From the NCBI GenBank assembly GCA_046153685.1, contig JBJXGH010000180.1:14604-78603 (forward strand): a stretch of DNA of 64,000 nt. The letters are read 5' to 3'. The notes below the pieces were generated by a model. That model worked only from the letters and a program-made list of their open reading frames with translations. It was not told where the DNA came from and did no database searches. Position 1 is the first letter of the stretch. Each line of letters opens with the position of its first letter. This document shows positions 18,040-26,746 of this stretch, piece by piece. The translations under genes and the position numbers were made by a program. Source of the stretch: Alphaproteobacteria bacterium. Its GTDB lineage: Bacteria; Pseudomonadota; Alphaproteobacteria; CADEGL01.

Positions 18040-19182
18040 ATGAGTTATCCGGACTGGGACACGATCCGCAATTCGACCTTCGTGCGCCATCGCTATTTCC
18101 CGCGACTGGCCGAGGAAACACCGTCATTCATGGGCCTGCCAATCGCGAGCACGCCCGAGGAGCTCAAGGGCGCGGACGCCGTCATCATCGGCGCGCCCTA
18201 TGCGGTGGGCTGGGGCTCGCAATACGCGGGCGTCGATAAGAGCCAATGGCTGGCCTCGCCGCAACGCGTGCGCCAGCAATCGATCCGCTATGGCTCAGGC
18301 TATATCCAGGATTTCAACCTCAACGTCTTCGAGCATCTGAAGGTGGTCGATTTCGGCGACGCCAATATCCCGCCCGAGGCGAACGACCAGCCGACGGTCG
18401 CGAACGTCCTGCGCGCGCAGGCGGCGGTCGAGGAAAAGGTCAACCAGGCCCTCGATGCCGGCGCCATTCCCATCGTCATCGGCCAGAACAGCCCGTGCGG
18501 CTCGTACGCCATCGGCAAGCCCATCGCCGAACGCACCAAGGGCAAGGTCGGCTGCATCTCGCTCGACACCCATTGGGACGCGGCACGCCTCGACAACGCG
18601 ACGCGCGATCCGCGCATCGCCGGCAGCGGCAGCTGGAAGCACAAGCTGTACGAGCACTTCCCGAACTACGATCCGAAAAATCTCGTCGAGATCGGCGAGC
18701 GCGGCATGCTGGAGAATCAAAACATCGTGCGCTGGTGGCTCGACCACGGCGCGAAATTTTATCCCATGTGGCGCGTGCGCACCGAACTCGGCATCGAGGG
18801 CCTGGTCAAGGAATTGCGCCACGCCTACGAGGGCACCAAGAACGTCTACGTCCATTTCGACATGGACGTGCTCGGCGGCGCGGGCCCCACATCCGGCGAC
18901 ATCCTGGGCGAACTCGCCGAACCCATCGGCATGACCGATTACGAGGTCATTCGCATCGCCCACGAAATCGGCAAGCGCGGCCTGGCCGGGTTCTCGTTCA
19001 TCTGCATCCCGCCCGGCTCGGCGGTGATCTATCGCACGATCGTCTATGTCATCATGTACATGCTCGCCGGTATCGCGGTATCGCGCATCGGCGCGGACAA
19101 ATCGGGCGCGGACAAATCGGGCGCGGGCAAGGCGGGGGCCGGAAAGGCGGCGGGCAAGGCCAAAGCCAAGGCGCGGCGCTAG
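18040..19182 (+). CDS. Arginase/agmatinase/formiminoglutamase-fold (ureohydrolase family) protein with Lys/Ala-rich C-terminal tail
   Basis: Ureohydrolase-family layout (IIGAPYAVGWG..., SLDTHWDA, VHFDMDVLGG). The canonical GGDHS motif reads GQNSPCGS and the third Asp of DxDxxDP appears to be Gly. C-terminus GADKSGADKSGAGKAGAGKAAGKAKAKARR is encoded by a direct DNA repeat. Confidence 0.65.
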   Translation: MSYPDWDTIRNSTFVRHRYFPRLAEETPSFMGLPIASTPEELKGADAVIIGAPYAVGWGSQYAGVDKSQWLASPQRVRQQSIRYGSGYIQDFNLNVFEHLKVVDFGDANIPPEANDQPTVANVLRAQAAVEEKVNQALDAGAIPIVIGQNSPCGSYAIGKPIAERTKGKVGCISLDTHWDAARLDNATRDPRIAGSGSWKHKLYEHFPNYDPKNLVEIGERGMLENQNIVRWWLDHGAKFYPMWRVRTELGIEGLVKELRHAYEGTKNVYVHFDMDVLGGAGPTSGDILGELAEPIGMTDYEVIRIAHEIGKRGLAGFSFICIPPGSAVIYRTIVYVIMYMLAGIAVSRIGADKSGADKSGAGKAGAGKAAGKAKAKARR

Positions 19183-19197
19183 GCGGCAATCGCTGCC

Positions 19198-20121
19198 GTG
19201 CCGGCGCGCGCTGTACCGCTCGGCCTCACCGGCTATCTCGCGGCGGCGGGTTTCGAGGCCGCGCTTGAGCACGAATTGGGCGTGGTCGAATGGCGCCACG
19301 GGCGGCTTTTGTTTGCGCCCGGGCCCGCGCGTGCTTCGGCATGGGCCGAGAATATCTGGCACGATCCGATCGCGCTCGCGGTCGAATCCATCGGCGAGGC
19401 GGCCAAGGCCTTGCGCGCCATCCAGCGCAATTGGTCGTGCTACGTCCCGCATTTTCATCGCCGCGCGGCGCTCATCGCCCAAAAATTGCCGAAGGTCTCC
19501 GCCAAGCCCCTGGTGTTTCCGGCACCGGCACCCGCCGCGCCGCTCGGCGCTTGGACCTTGCGCGACCCGCGAACCGTGATCGCCGCCGCGCGCACCTCCA
19601 GCCCCTTTCCGAACGGCGCGGCGGAATTCGTCGCGGATAAATCAGGCCCGCCCAACCGGGCCTATCTCAAGCTGTGGGAGGCGTTTACCGTGGCCGGGCG
19701 ATGGCCGCGCCCGGGCGAACGCTGCCTCGATCTCGGAGCTTCGCCCGGCGGTTGGACCTGGGTTTTGGCCAAGCTCGGCGCGCGGGTGATCGCGGTCGAC
19801 AAGGCACCGCTCGCGCCGCGCGTCGCCGCCATGGCGGGGGTGGAAATGCGCCGGATAAGCGCCTTCGCGCTCGACCCGGCCGAAATCGGACCCGTCGATT
19901 GGCTGTGTTCGGATATCGCGTGTTATCCCGAACGCCTCCATCGCTTGCTAAGCGCATGGATCGCGGCGGGGACGTGCCGCAATATCGTGGCGACCGTCAA
20001 GTTTCAGGGCGAAACCGATTTTGCCGCCCAGGCGCGCCTTGCCGCCTTGCCCGGCGCGCGCCTCGTCCACCTTCATCACAACAAGCACGAATTGACATTC
20101 CTGCGCCTGGCACCGGAATGA
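19198..20121 (+). CDS. rlmM: RlmM-like 23S rRNA (cytidine 2'-O)-methyltransferase (FtsJ-fold MTase with N-terminal THUMP-like domain)
   Basis: NRAYLKLWEAF...LDLGASPGGWTWVL...WLCSDIACYPERL aligns with E. coli RlmM (SRSTLKLEEAF...VDLGACPGGWTYQL...WMVCDMVEKP). Confidence 0.6.
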   Translation: MPARAVPLGLTGYLAAAGFEAALEHELGVVEWRHGRLLFAPGPARASAWAENIWHDPIALAVESIGEAAKALRAIQRNWSCYVPHFHRRAALIAQKLPKVSAKPLVFPAPAPAAPLGAWTLRDPRTVIAAARTSSPFPNGAAEFVADKSGPPNRAYLKLWEAFTVAGRWPRPGERCLDLGASPGGWTWVLAKLGARVIAVDKAPLAPRVAAMAGVEMRRISAFALDPAEIGPVDWLCSDIACYPERLHRLLSAWIAAGTCRNIVATVKFQGETDFAAQARLAALPGARLVHLHHNKHELTFLRLAPE

Positions 20122-20204
20122 TCCGCCGATACCCGCCGTCATCGGCGCGGCGAGTCGCGAATCTCTTGCCCGCGATCGGCGGCTCGATGCGGCCGCTCCG
20201 CGCC

Positions 20205-20810
20205 CTAGACGAGGCCTTCGGCCAGCAGCGCGTCGCGCACGCCCGGGCGCGCGCCGAGGCGCTCCACATAGGCCGCGAGCACGGGCCATTTGCCGAGATC
20301 GATATTCGTGTACTTGGTCCAGCCGAGAATGGTGAACAGATAGGCGTCCGCGACGGTGAAGAGATCGCCCGCGAGGAATTGCCTGCCCTCGAGCGCTTTC
20401 GACAGATGGTCGAGGCGTACGCCGAGCGCACCCTTCGCCGCCGTCTTCGTGTCTTCGGAGCTCTGCGAATTCCACAGCGGGTCGAACCCCTTGTGCACTT
20501 CGCTCGCGATGTAGTTCAGCCATTCGAGCACGCGCCAGCGCGCCAGCGTGCCGTGCGCCGGCATCAGCTTCGCCTCCGGCTTGCGGTCGGCGATGTATTG
20601 CAGCACCACCGCCACCTCGGTCAGGATCTGACCGTCGTCCATCTCGATGGCGGGTACGCCGCCCTTGGCGTTGATCGCCCGGTAATCGGCGCCCGCCCCT
20701 GTCTTCTTGGTCTTGAGATCGACCGTCACCGCGTCGAATGCCAGGCCGGCTTCCTTGAGCGCGATATGCGGGGCGAGCGAGCACGCGCCCGGGGAATAAT
20801 AGAGTTTCAT
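20205..20810 (-). CDS. gstA: Glutathione S-transferase, beta class (GstA-like)
   Basis: MKLYYSPGACSLAPHIALKEAGL...WLNYIASEVHKGF...TVADAYLFTILGW aligns nearly colinearly with E. coli GstA. Confidence 0.85.
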   Translation of the reverse strand: MKLYYSPGACSLAPHIALKEAGLAFDAVTVDLKTKKTGAGADYRAINAKGGVPAIEMDDGQILTEVAVVLQYIADRKPEAKLMPAHGTLARWRVLEWLNYIASEVHKGFDPLWNSQSSEDTKTAAKGALGVRLDHLSKALEGRQFLAGDLFTVADAYLFTILGWTKYTNIDLGKWPVLAAYVERLGARPGVRDALLAEGLV

Positions 20811-20977
20811 GGAGATCTCCTTTCGAGGGGGCGGGGGATGGCATCGCCGATGAATGGGTTTGCGCCCCGGGCGGCGTCCGGCTCCGAATCTGCGTGAGGC
20901 GCGATGTCCGGGCCGGCATCTCCGTCCGACATGGCGCCGCCGCGCCTAGCGATGCGATCGTTTCTCCGCACGCGAAG

Positions 20978-22087
20978 CTATTTTACCTCGTACAGCGGCC
21001 GGCCGAGCACCTTCATGATCGGCTCGACGCCCAGGCCCGGCACGGGCAGCGAGGCCGCTTCGCCGTTCTTCGGGAAAGGCGCGCCCGTCGCCGTGCGGAA
21101 CGCGAGCTTCACGTTCGCCAGCGTGACTGAAAAGCGCAGCGCCTCGGGCGTGGAATGGGCAAGCGCCGCGACGGCCGCGGCCGTGATATCGGTGCAGGCG
21201 GTATCCTCGATGGTGGTGGCGATGCCGTTGGCGTTGGCGACGTCGCGGATGAGACGCGCGCGCGACAGGCCGCCGAATTTCGACAGCTTGATGTTGATCG
21301 CATCCATCGCGCCATCGGCGATGCCGCGCTGCAACGCGCTCAGGGAATCGATCGATTCGTCGAGCACGAATGGCCGCGCCGTGCGCTGGCGAATGGTCAG
21401 ATTTTCCTCGTAGCTCTGGCAGGGCTGCTCGATCACGACATCGAGATCACGCACGGCATCGACGACGCGCGCCGCCTCGTGCGGCAGCCAGCCGCCATTG
21501 GCGTCCGCGACCAAGCGGTCGCCGGGCTTCACCGCCTTGGCGGTCGCGCGGATGCGCGCGATGTCGAGATCGGGTTCGCCGCCGACCTTGAGCTGGAAGG
21601 TGCGGTAGCCCTGGGCGCGGAATCCCTTGATAAGCCGCGCCATGGCGGCGGGCGTGTCCTTGGTGATCGAGCGATAGAGCTTGATCGTTTTGCCGAACCG
21701 GCCACCGAGCAAAATGGCGACCGGCAATCCCGCCTTGCGCCCGAGGATGTCCCAGCACGCGATGTCGATCGCGGTTTTCACGTAAGGGTGGCCCTTGAGC
21801 GCGAGGTCCATCTCGCCATTGATGCGTGCGAGTTCGGTTGCGTCGAGGCCGAGAAGGCGGGGTGCTATTTCCTTGATGCCGGTGCGCGCGCCCGCGGTGT
21901 ACGAGGGCAAGTAATTATTGCCGAGCGGCGTGACCTCGCCCCAGCCGACGAGACCGTCCTTGGTCTCGACGCGCGCGATCGTGGTGTCGAAGGCGTCGAG
22001 CGCGCGCCCCCCCGACATGGTGTAGACGCCTTCCTTGATCGGCACTTGGACGGCATAGACGGAAATCTTGGTGATCGCGCTGGTCAT
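20978..22087 (-). CDS. Enolase-superfamily enzyme (mandelate racemase/muconate lactonizing family; possible proline-derivative epimerase/dehydratase)
   Basis: MTSAITKISVYAVQVPIKEG... QLKVGG (KxK), ...VADANGGW (metal Asp), ...DESIDS. Only the last 369 codons of the listed 564-aa ORF are coding; start at ATG 22087. Confidence 0.75.
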   Translation of the reverse strand: MTSAITKISVYAVQVPIKEGVYTMSGGRALDAFDTTIARVETKDGLVGWGEVTPLGNNYLPSYTAGARTGIKEIAPRLLGLDATELARINGEMDLALKGHPYVKTAIDIACWDILGRKAGLPVAILLGGRFGKTIKLYRSITKDTPAAMARLIKGFRAQGYRTFQLKVGGEPDLDIARIRATAKAVKPGDRLVADANGGWLPHEAARVVDAVRDLDVVIEQPCQSYEENLTIRQRTARPFVLDESIDSLSALQRGIADGAMDAINIKLSKFGGLSRARLIRDVANANGIATTIEDTACTDITAAAVAALAHSTPEALRFSVTLANVKLAFRTATGAPFPKNGEAASLPVPGLGVEPIMKVLGRPLYEVK

Positions 22088-22141
22088 GGGGCACCTACCC
22101 TTTCGGGGTTTTGGCTGTTTCGTCCGCGCCGCGCGCGTATC

Positions 22142-23404
22142 ATGCTTGCGCGACGAGAGGGGGCTGCATTGGCGCATCGCATCGAGGACATCGTCAAGGG
22201 CGGGTTGTGCATTGGCTGCGGGCTGTGCGCAAGCCTGGCCGGGCCGGCGCGCGTCGAGATGCGCTGGACGCAAGCGGGCCGGCTGCGCCCCGTGGTCAAG
22301 GCGGCGCTCGACACGGCGACCCTCGATCTCATCAACACCACCTGTCCGGCTCTCGGAACCGACGGCATGGACGCGGCGATGGCGGGGTCCGGCGCCGATT
22401 TCGATCCCGTATTCGGCTATGCCCAGGCGGGCTGGATCGGTTGGGCGAACGATCCGGAGATTCGCTTTCGTGCGGCGACGGGCGGCGCGCTCACCGCGCT
22501 TGCCGTGCATCTGCTCGAAACCCGGGCGGTCGAATTCGTCGTCCATGTGCGTTCGCCCGACGAGGCGCCCGTGCGCAACCTGCCCCATGTCAGCCGCAAC
22601 CGCGCCGAGGTCTTGGCCGGCATGGGCTCGCGCTATTCCCCGGTGGCGCCCCTGCTTCATCTCGACGAACATCTCGCTGCCGGTCGGCCATTTGCCATCA
22701 TTGCCAAGCCCTGCGACGTGGCGGCGGTGCGCCGTCTCGCCAAGCGCGACCCGCGCGTCGATGAATGCGTCAAATACCTTATGTCGATCTCCTGCGGCGG
22801 CGCGCCGACGCTCGATATGACGTGGCGTCTGATGAAGCCCTTTCCCATAGCCGAGGCCGATCTATCGCTCTTTCGCTTTCGCGGCCACGGCAATCCCGGC
22901 CGAATCCGCATGGAAACCAAGAGCGGCCGCGCCTACGAGCGCGCCTATAACGACGCCTGGGGCGACAAGGATCTTTGGCACCTCAATTTCCGCTGCAAGG
23001 TGTGCATGGATCCGGTGGGCGAGCAGGCCGATATCATCGCCTATGATGTCTGGCCGGGCGGCTCGCCCACGGGCGAGGATGCGGGCATCAACGGCATCAC
23101 CGCGCGCACCTTGCGCGGCCGCGCCTTGGTCGAGGGCGCGATCGCCGCCGGCGCGCTCGTCGTCCAACGCTCCGTCGGCCTCGAAATCCTCGCCGACACC
23201 CAGCCCCACCAGACCTGGAAGAAGATGGGCATGCTCGGCCGCCAATGGGGGCTCGCGCTCACGGGGCGGATCGCGCCGCGCTTTCCGGGCTTGCGCGTCT
23301 TTCGCATGGCGCGCGCGGCGGGGTTGCGCCACGTGCTTAAGAACATGTTCGGCACGATGCGCCGGGCGCGCGCGGGCGGGGTGGACGAGCCGCCTGCGGG
23401 TTGA
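22142..23404 (+). CDS. Coenzyme F420 hydrogenase/dehydrogenase beta-subunit-like (FrhB/FdhB family) Fe-S flavoprotein
   Basis: N-terminal GGLCIGCGLCASL (4Fe-4S ferredoxin-like Cys motif) followed by an FrhB-type domain. Start at ATG 22142 inside the listed 749-aa ORF; divergent from the enolase-superfamily gene across a 54-bp spacer. Confidence 0.6.
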   Translation: MLARREGAALAHRIEDIVKGGLCIGCGLCASLAGPARVEMRWTQAGRLRPVVKAALDTATLDLINTTCPALGTDGMDAAMAGSGADFDPVFGYAQAGWIGWANDPEIRFRAATGGALTALAVHLLETRAVEFVVHVRSPDEAPVRNLPHVSRNRAEVLAGMGSRYSPVAPLLHLDEHLAAGRPFAIIAKPCDVAAVRRLAKRDPRVDECVKYLMSISCGGAPTLDMTWRLMKPFPIAEADLSLFRFRGHGNPGRIRMETKSGRAYERAYNDAWGDKDLWHLNFRCKVCMDPVGEQADIIAYDVWPGGSPTGEDAGINGITARTLRGRALVEGAIAAGALVVQRSVGLEILADTQPHQTWKKMGMLGRQWGLALTGRIAPRFPGLRVFRMARAAGLRHVLKNMFGTMRRARAGGVDEPPAG

Positions 23405-23407
23405 GGC

Positions 23408-24772
23408 TTAGGTCGCGAGCCCCATGCGCCGACGAATGGCGCGCGCGGCCAATTGGCCCGAGCGCACGGCGGCGTCCGTCGAGGGGTACTCGATCCAGTC
23501 GCCCGCGAAGAAGATATTGCCGAACGGGCGCGCAAGCGCATCTTGGCGGCCAAGACGTCCGGGCGCCCAGAACGGATAGCCGTGCGGGATGCGGCGAATC
23601 CAAGTCTCGTCGATAAGGCCCTGGAGCGCCGGGAAAACCGCGTGGACATCGTCGAGGAACAGGCGACGAATCTCGTCGTCGGAGGCCGAAAGAAGTGCTG
23701 CGGCGCGGTCCCCGCCCGCGTACATCATCAGCGTGCCACCCGGAGTGCGCGCAACTCCGGGCACGCGCAGCGGATTAACCGTGTTGAAGATCATCGCGAG
23801 CGTGCGGCCGCCGAGCGCGACCGCGTACAGATCGTCATGCGCCATGGGGCCGGGCTCGCGCGTCGTCGCGGCCATGACGACATAGGGGCCGTAGCGCACA
23901 TGGCCGAGCGCCTCGGCCTTGTCCGCGGGCAAATCCGCGATGACCTCCCGCGCGGCGATGGCGGTCGCGGCGAACACGCAAAAGCGCGCGCGCAAACTAT
24001 GCGGTTCGCCGTGGCGCTCGAACGTGATCTCGACGCCATCTTCGCGCGCGGCCACGCGGCGCACGCGCGCGCCGGTCGTCACGCAACCGCCCACGCGTTC
24101 GGCCAGGCACCGCGCGATCTCGCCGAGCCCGCCCTCGACGGTCATGACGTATCGCCGCTTGCTCACCCATAGACTGCCGATCGCGTTCGCGCCGAAATGG
24201 CCGGACAATTGCCCAGGCTCGGCCGAGAGTCGGTTCGCGGCGGTGCGGTAAAGCGCGGCCACTTCGGGGTGGGCGCTGCCGACGATGTCGGCGAAGCTTT
24301 TGCGGTCGAGCGCCGCGTCGCCCTCGACGGTTGGATATTCACCCGCGAATTCGCGATTGCCGTGGGTCATGTCGGGGGTTGCGGCGGCGGCCCGCAAGGC
24401 CGCGCGGCGCAGGCGCAAGCCCGTGCGAACGAGCGAAAGACGCGCGCGCGGTGACAGCGCCAGGCGAAAGGGCGCGAACTCGGGCCTGCCGCCGCGCACC
24501 AATCGTTTGCCCGTGAACATGGCCATGGTATCGCCGGGAATGGGCGCCAGGCGCAGCCCGAATTCCTGGGCGAGCTTGCCCATCGGCGAATCGGGCCCGC
24601 CCAGGATATGGGCGCCCACGCTCAGCCAATACGGCTGGCGGCGCTGGCTGAAGACGCGCCCGCCAATGCGCTCGTCGGCTTCGAGCAGGACGACGTCGCG
24701 GTCCCTGAGGGCGTCGGTGGCGGCCAGGCCCGCAAGACCTCCGCCGATGACGACGATCTCGCAGCTTTTCAC
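23408..24772 (-). CDS. FAD-dependent oxidoreductase (amine-oxidase/protoporphyrinogen-oxidase-like fold)
   Basis: VKSCEIVVIGGGLAGLAATDAL...LLEADERIGGR (dinucleotide-binding GxGxxG + amine-oxidase motif). GTG start 24772 has a GGGAGG SD 7 nt upstream and sits 14 bp below the upstream gene stop. Confidence 0.65.
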   Translation of the reverse strand: MKSCEIVVIGGGLAGLAATDALRDRDVVLLEADERIGGRVFSQRRQPYWLSVGAHILGGPDSPMGKLAQEFGLRLAPIPGDTMAMFTGKRLVRGGRPEFAPFRLALSPRARLSLVRTGLRLRRAALRAAAATPDMTHGNREFAGEYPTVEGDAALDRKSFADIVGSAHPEVAALYRTAANRLSAEPGQLSGHFGANAIGSLWVSKRRYVMTVEGGLGEIARCLAERVGGCVTTGARVRRVAAREDGVEITFERHGEPHSLRARFCVFAATAIAAREVIADLPADKAEALGHVRYGPYVVMAATTREPGPMAHDDLYAVALGGRTLAMIFNTVNPLRVPGVARTPGGTLMMYAGGDRAAALLSASDDEIRRLFLDDVHAVFPALQGLIDETWIRRIPHGYPFWAPGRLGRQDALARPFGNIFFAGDWIEYPSTDAAVRSGQLAARAIRRRMGLAT

Positions 24773-24786
24773 CGTGCCCCTCCCGC

Positions 24787-26385
24787 TCAGGCCGCGCGGC
24801 GTTTCAAATCGCGGATCACGCGCTTGGCCGCGTTGTGGCCGGGCGCGCCGGACACGCCGCCGCCCGGATGCGCGCCCGAGCCGCACAGATACAGGCCCGC
24901 CACCGGCGTGGCGTAGCGCGCCGCGCGCGGATGGGGGCGAAGGCTGAAGATCTGATCGAGATCGTGGCGGCCGTGGAAGATATCGCCCTCGGTCAGGCCG
25001 AAGACGCGCTCGAGATCGAGGGGCGAGAGCACCTGGCGGCCGACAACGAGAGCGGACAATCCCGGCATGTGTGCTTCGACGGCGGCGAGAATCGAATCGG
25101 CGACCTGTTCCTTGATCGCATCCCAGCTGCGCCCACCGGACAGATGGTAGGGGTAGTATTTGCACAGCAAGGACATGACGTGATGGCCCGGCGGCGCGAG
25201 ATCGGGATCGAGCGCCGAGGCAAGCTGCATGTTGATGTAGGGGCGTTCGGGCATCTCGCCGAGGCGCGCGGCCTGATAGCACCGCTCGACCGTTTCCGGA
25301 TCGGCGATCATGGTGATGGCGCAGCCCAGCGCGAAATCGCTATCCGACGCCGACAGACCCACGATTGTCGGCGCGCCCTTGAGCGCGAGATTCATGCGCA
25401 GCGAGGCGTGACCCATGCGCAGCCGCTCGATGTGATCGGCGAATTCGGGGTCGAGATGCTCGCGGCCCACGAAGCCGAGAAAGGTGCGCTTGGGGTCGGT
25501 GTTGGCCAGAACGACGCGCGCGGGAATTTCCTCGCCTGATTCGAGACGCACCCCGACCGCGCGGCCTCTGTCCATGACAATGCGCGAAACCGGCGCGGCC
25601 GTGCGGATCTCCACGCCTTGCTCGCGACAAAATGCCGCCATGGCCTGGGTGATGGCGCCCATGCCGCCCTTGGGTATGCCCCATTTGTAGCGCACGCCGT
25701 CGAGCTCGCCGAGCACGTTGAGGAAATAGGGCACGGCGGAGCCGGGTTGATGCAGGCTCGAAAAATTGCTCGATACGCAATGGACCGCGTAAATCGTCTT
25801 CATCACCGGGCTTTCGAACCAGCGCGAGAAGAAGTCGTGGGCGCTCATGGTGAAGGCCTGCGTCAGGAACAGCCGGTCCTCGAGCGCGAGCTTGCGCAAT
25901 TTGTTCACGGTGCCGAGGCTCGAGAAAATCGCCTCCCAGCCGCCCGCCAGATCCGGCGGCGGACGCAGCCATTGGTCGCGAATGATGTCGCCCACGCGCA
26001 GGAGCTGCGCGCGCAGACGCTTGGCCGCATCGTAATCGCGATTCGAGAATTGCCCGATCGTCGCCTGGTCGCGCGCCTCCTCGCCGGTGAACAGAATCGC
26101 GCGGCCGTCGTTCATGAGTTCGAGCGAACCCCGATAGGGGGTCGTGCGCAGGCCATGGCGCTTCAATTCGAGATCGCGGATGACCTCGCCGCGCAGGATT
26201 CCCATGGTGTAGGAGGCGATCGAGTTGCGGTAGCCCGGATGGAATTCCTCGGTCACGGCGGCGCCGCCGACCACCGCCCGGCGTTCGAGCACCAAGGTCT
26301 TGACCCCGGCCTTGCCGAGATAGCCGGCCGCGGTCAGCCCGTTATGGCCGCCGCCGATGACGATCGCGTCGTAAGTGCCGACCAT
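24787..26385 (-). CDS. Phytoene-desaturase-family (CrtI-like) NAD(P)/FAD-dependent oxidoreductase
   Basis: MVGTYDAIVIGGGHNGLTAAGYLGKAGVKTLVLERRAVVGGAA at the N-terminus. C-terminal ...LYLCGSGAHPGGGVSGAPGHNAAKRV is the characteristic CrtI-family tail. Confidence 0.7.
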   Translation of the reverse strand: MVGTYDAIVIGGGHNGLTAAGYLGKAGVKTLVLERRAVVGGAAVTEEFHPGYRNSIASYTMGILRGEVIRDLELKRHGLRTTPYRGSLELMNDGRAILFTGEEARDQATIGQFSNRDYDAAKRLRAQLLRVGDIIRDQWLRPPPDLAGGWEAIFSSLGTVNKLRKLALEDRLFLTQAFTMSAHDFFSRWFESPVMKTIYAVHCVSSNFSSLHQPGSAVPYFLNVLGELDGVRYKWGIPKGGMGAITQAMAAFCREQGVEIRTAAPVSRIVMDRGRAVGVRLESGEEIPARVVLANTDPKRTFLGFVGREHLDPEFADHIERLRMGHASLRMNLALKGAPTIVGLSASDSDFALGCAITMIADPETVERCYQAARLGEMPERPYINMQLASALDPDLAPPGHHVMSLLCKYYPYHLSGGRSWDAIKEQVADSILAAVEAHMPGLSALVVGRQVLSPLDLERVFGLTEGDIFHGRHDLDQIFSLRPHPRAARYATPVAGLYLCGSGAHPGGGVSGAPGHNAAKRVIRDLKRRAA

Positions 26386-26746
26386 TTGCATCCCCCCGAT
26401 ATTGTTTGATGGCTTAGCGCGGCCCGCTCCAGCTGTCATCCCCGGCATCCATTGGCTGGCCGATCGCCGGAAATATCGTTCGAAGGCGGCGCGAGGCGGG
26501 GGCTCTACATGGGCTTGGCTGGGAATCCAAACCTCAATCCCTAGGGCTGGGTGAAGGTTTGGACGATATATTTTGTATTCTGGCCCAGATATCGAATTGC
26601 GCCCCCGGAATCAGGGATAAGTCATAAATGATTGTTTCTACACAATTATTTACATTGACCCTGCTGGCGATATCGGGGGATTTCCCGTATAAGGAAAGAC
26701 ACATGAAGCGGCGCGGCGATGGTCTGCCGCCGAGCTATGAACGGCT

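Noticed and set aside
18246-19482. ORFs 18246..19268 (+) and 18295..19482 (-) overlapping the arginase-fold gene
   Set aside because: Alternative-frame and antisense artefacts. Only the 18040..19182 frame shows the ureohydrolase fold.
19674-20919. ORFs 19674..20897 (+) and 19948..20919 (-)
   Set aside because: They overlap rlmM-like and gstA, which have strong homology support. Translations are Arg/Pro-rich.
21155-22141. N-terminal 329 codons of the listed 749-aa ORF (and the minus-strand 22087..22672 extension of the enolase ORF)
   Set aside because: Antisense to the enolase-superfamily gene. Coding sequence of the FrhB-like gene begins only at ATG 22142, where the Fe-S motif and domain begin.
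24773-25282. Upstream 170 codons of the listed 624-aa ORF
   Set aside because: They overlap the 3' end of the CrtI-like gene in another frame. The true start is GTG 24772 with a GGGAGG SD.
26560-26740. Specific -35/-10 promoter call upstream of the RND operon
   Set aside because: The AT-rich stretch contains a TTGACC hexamer but no properly spaced -10 that I can verify by eye. Left as a general observation.
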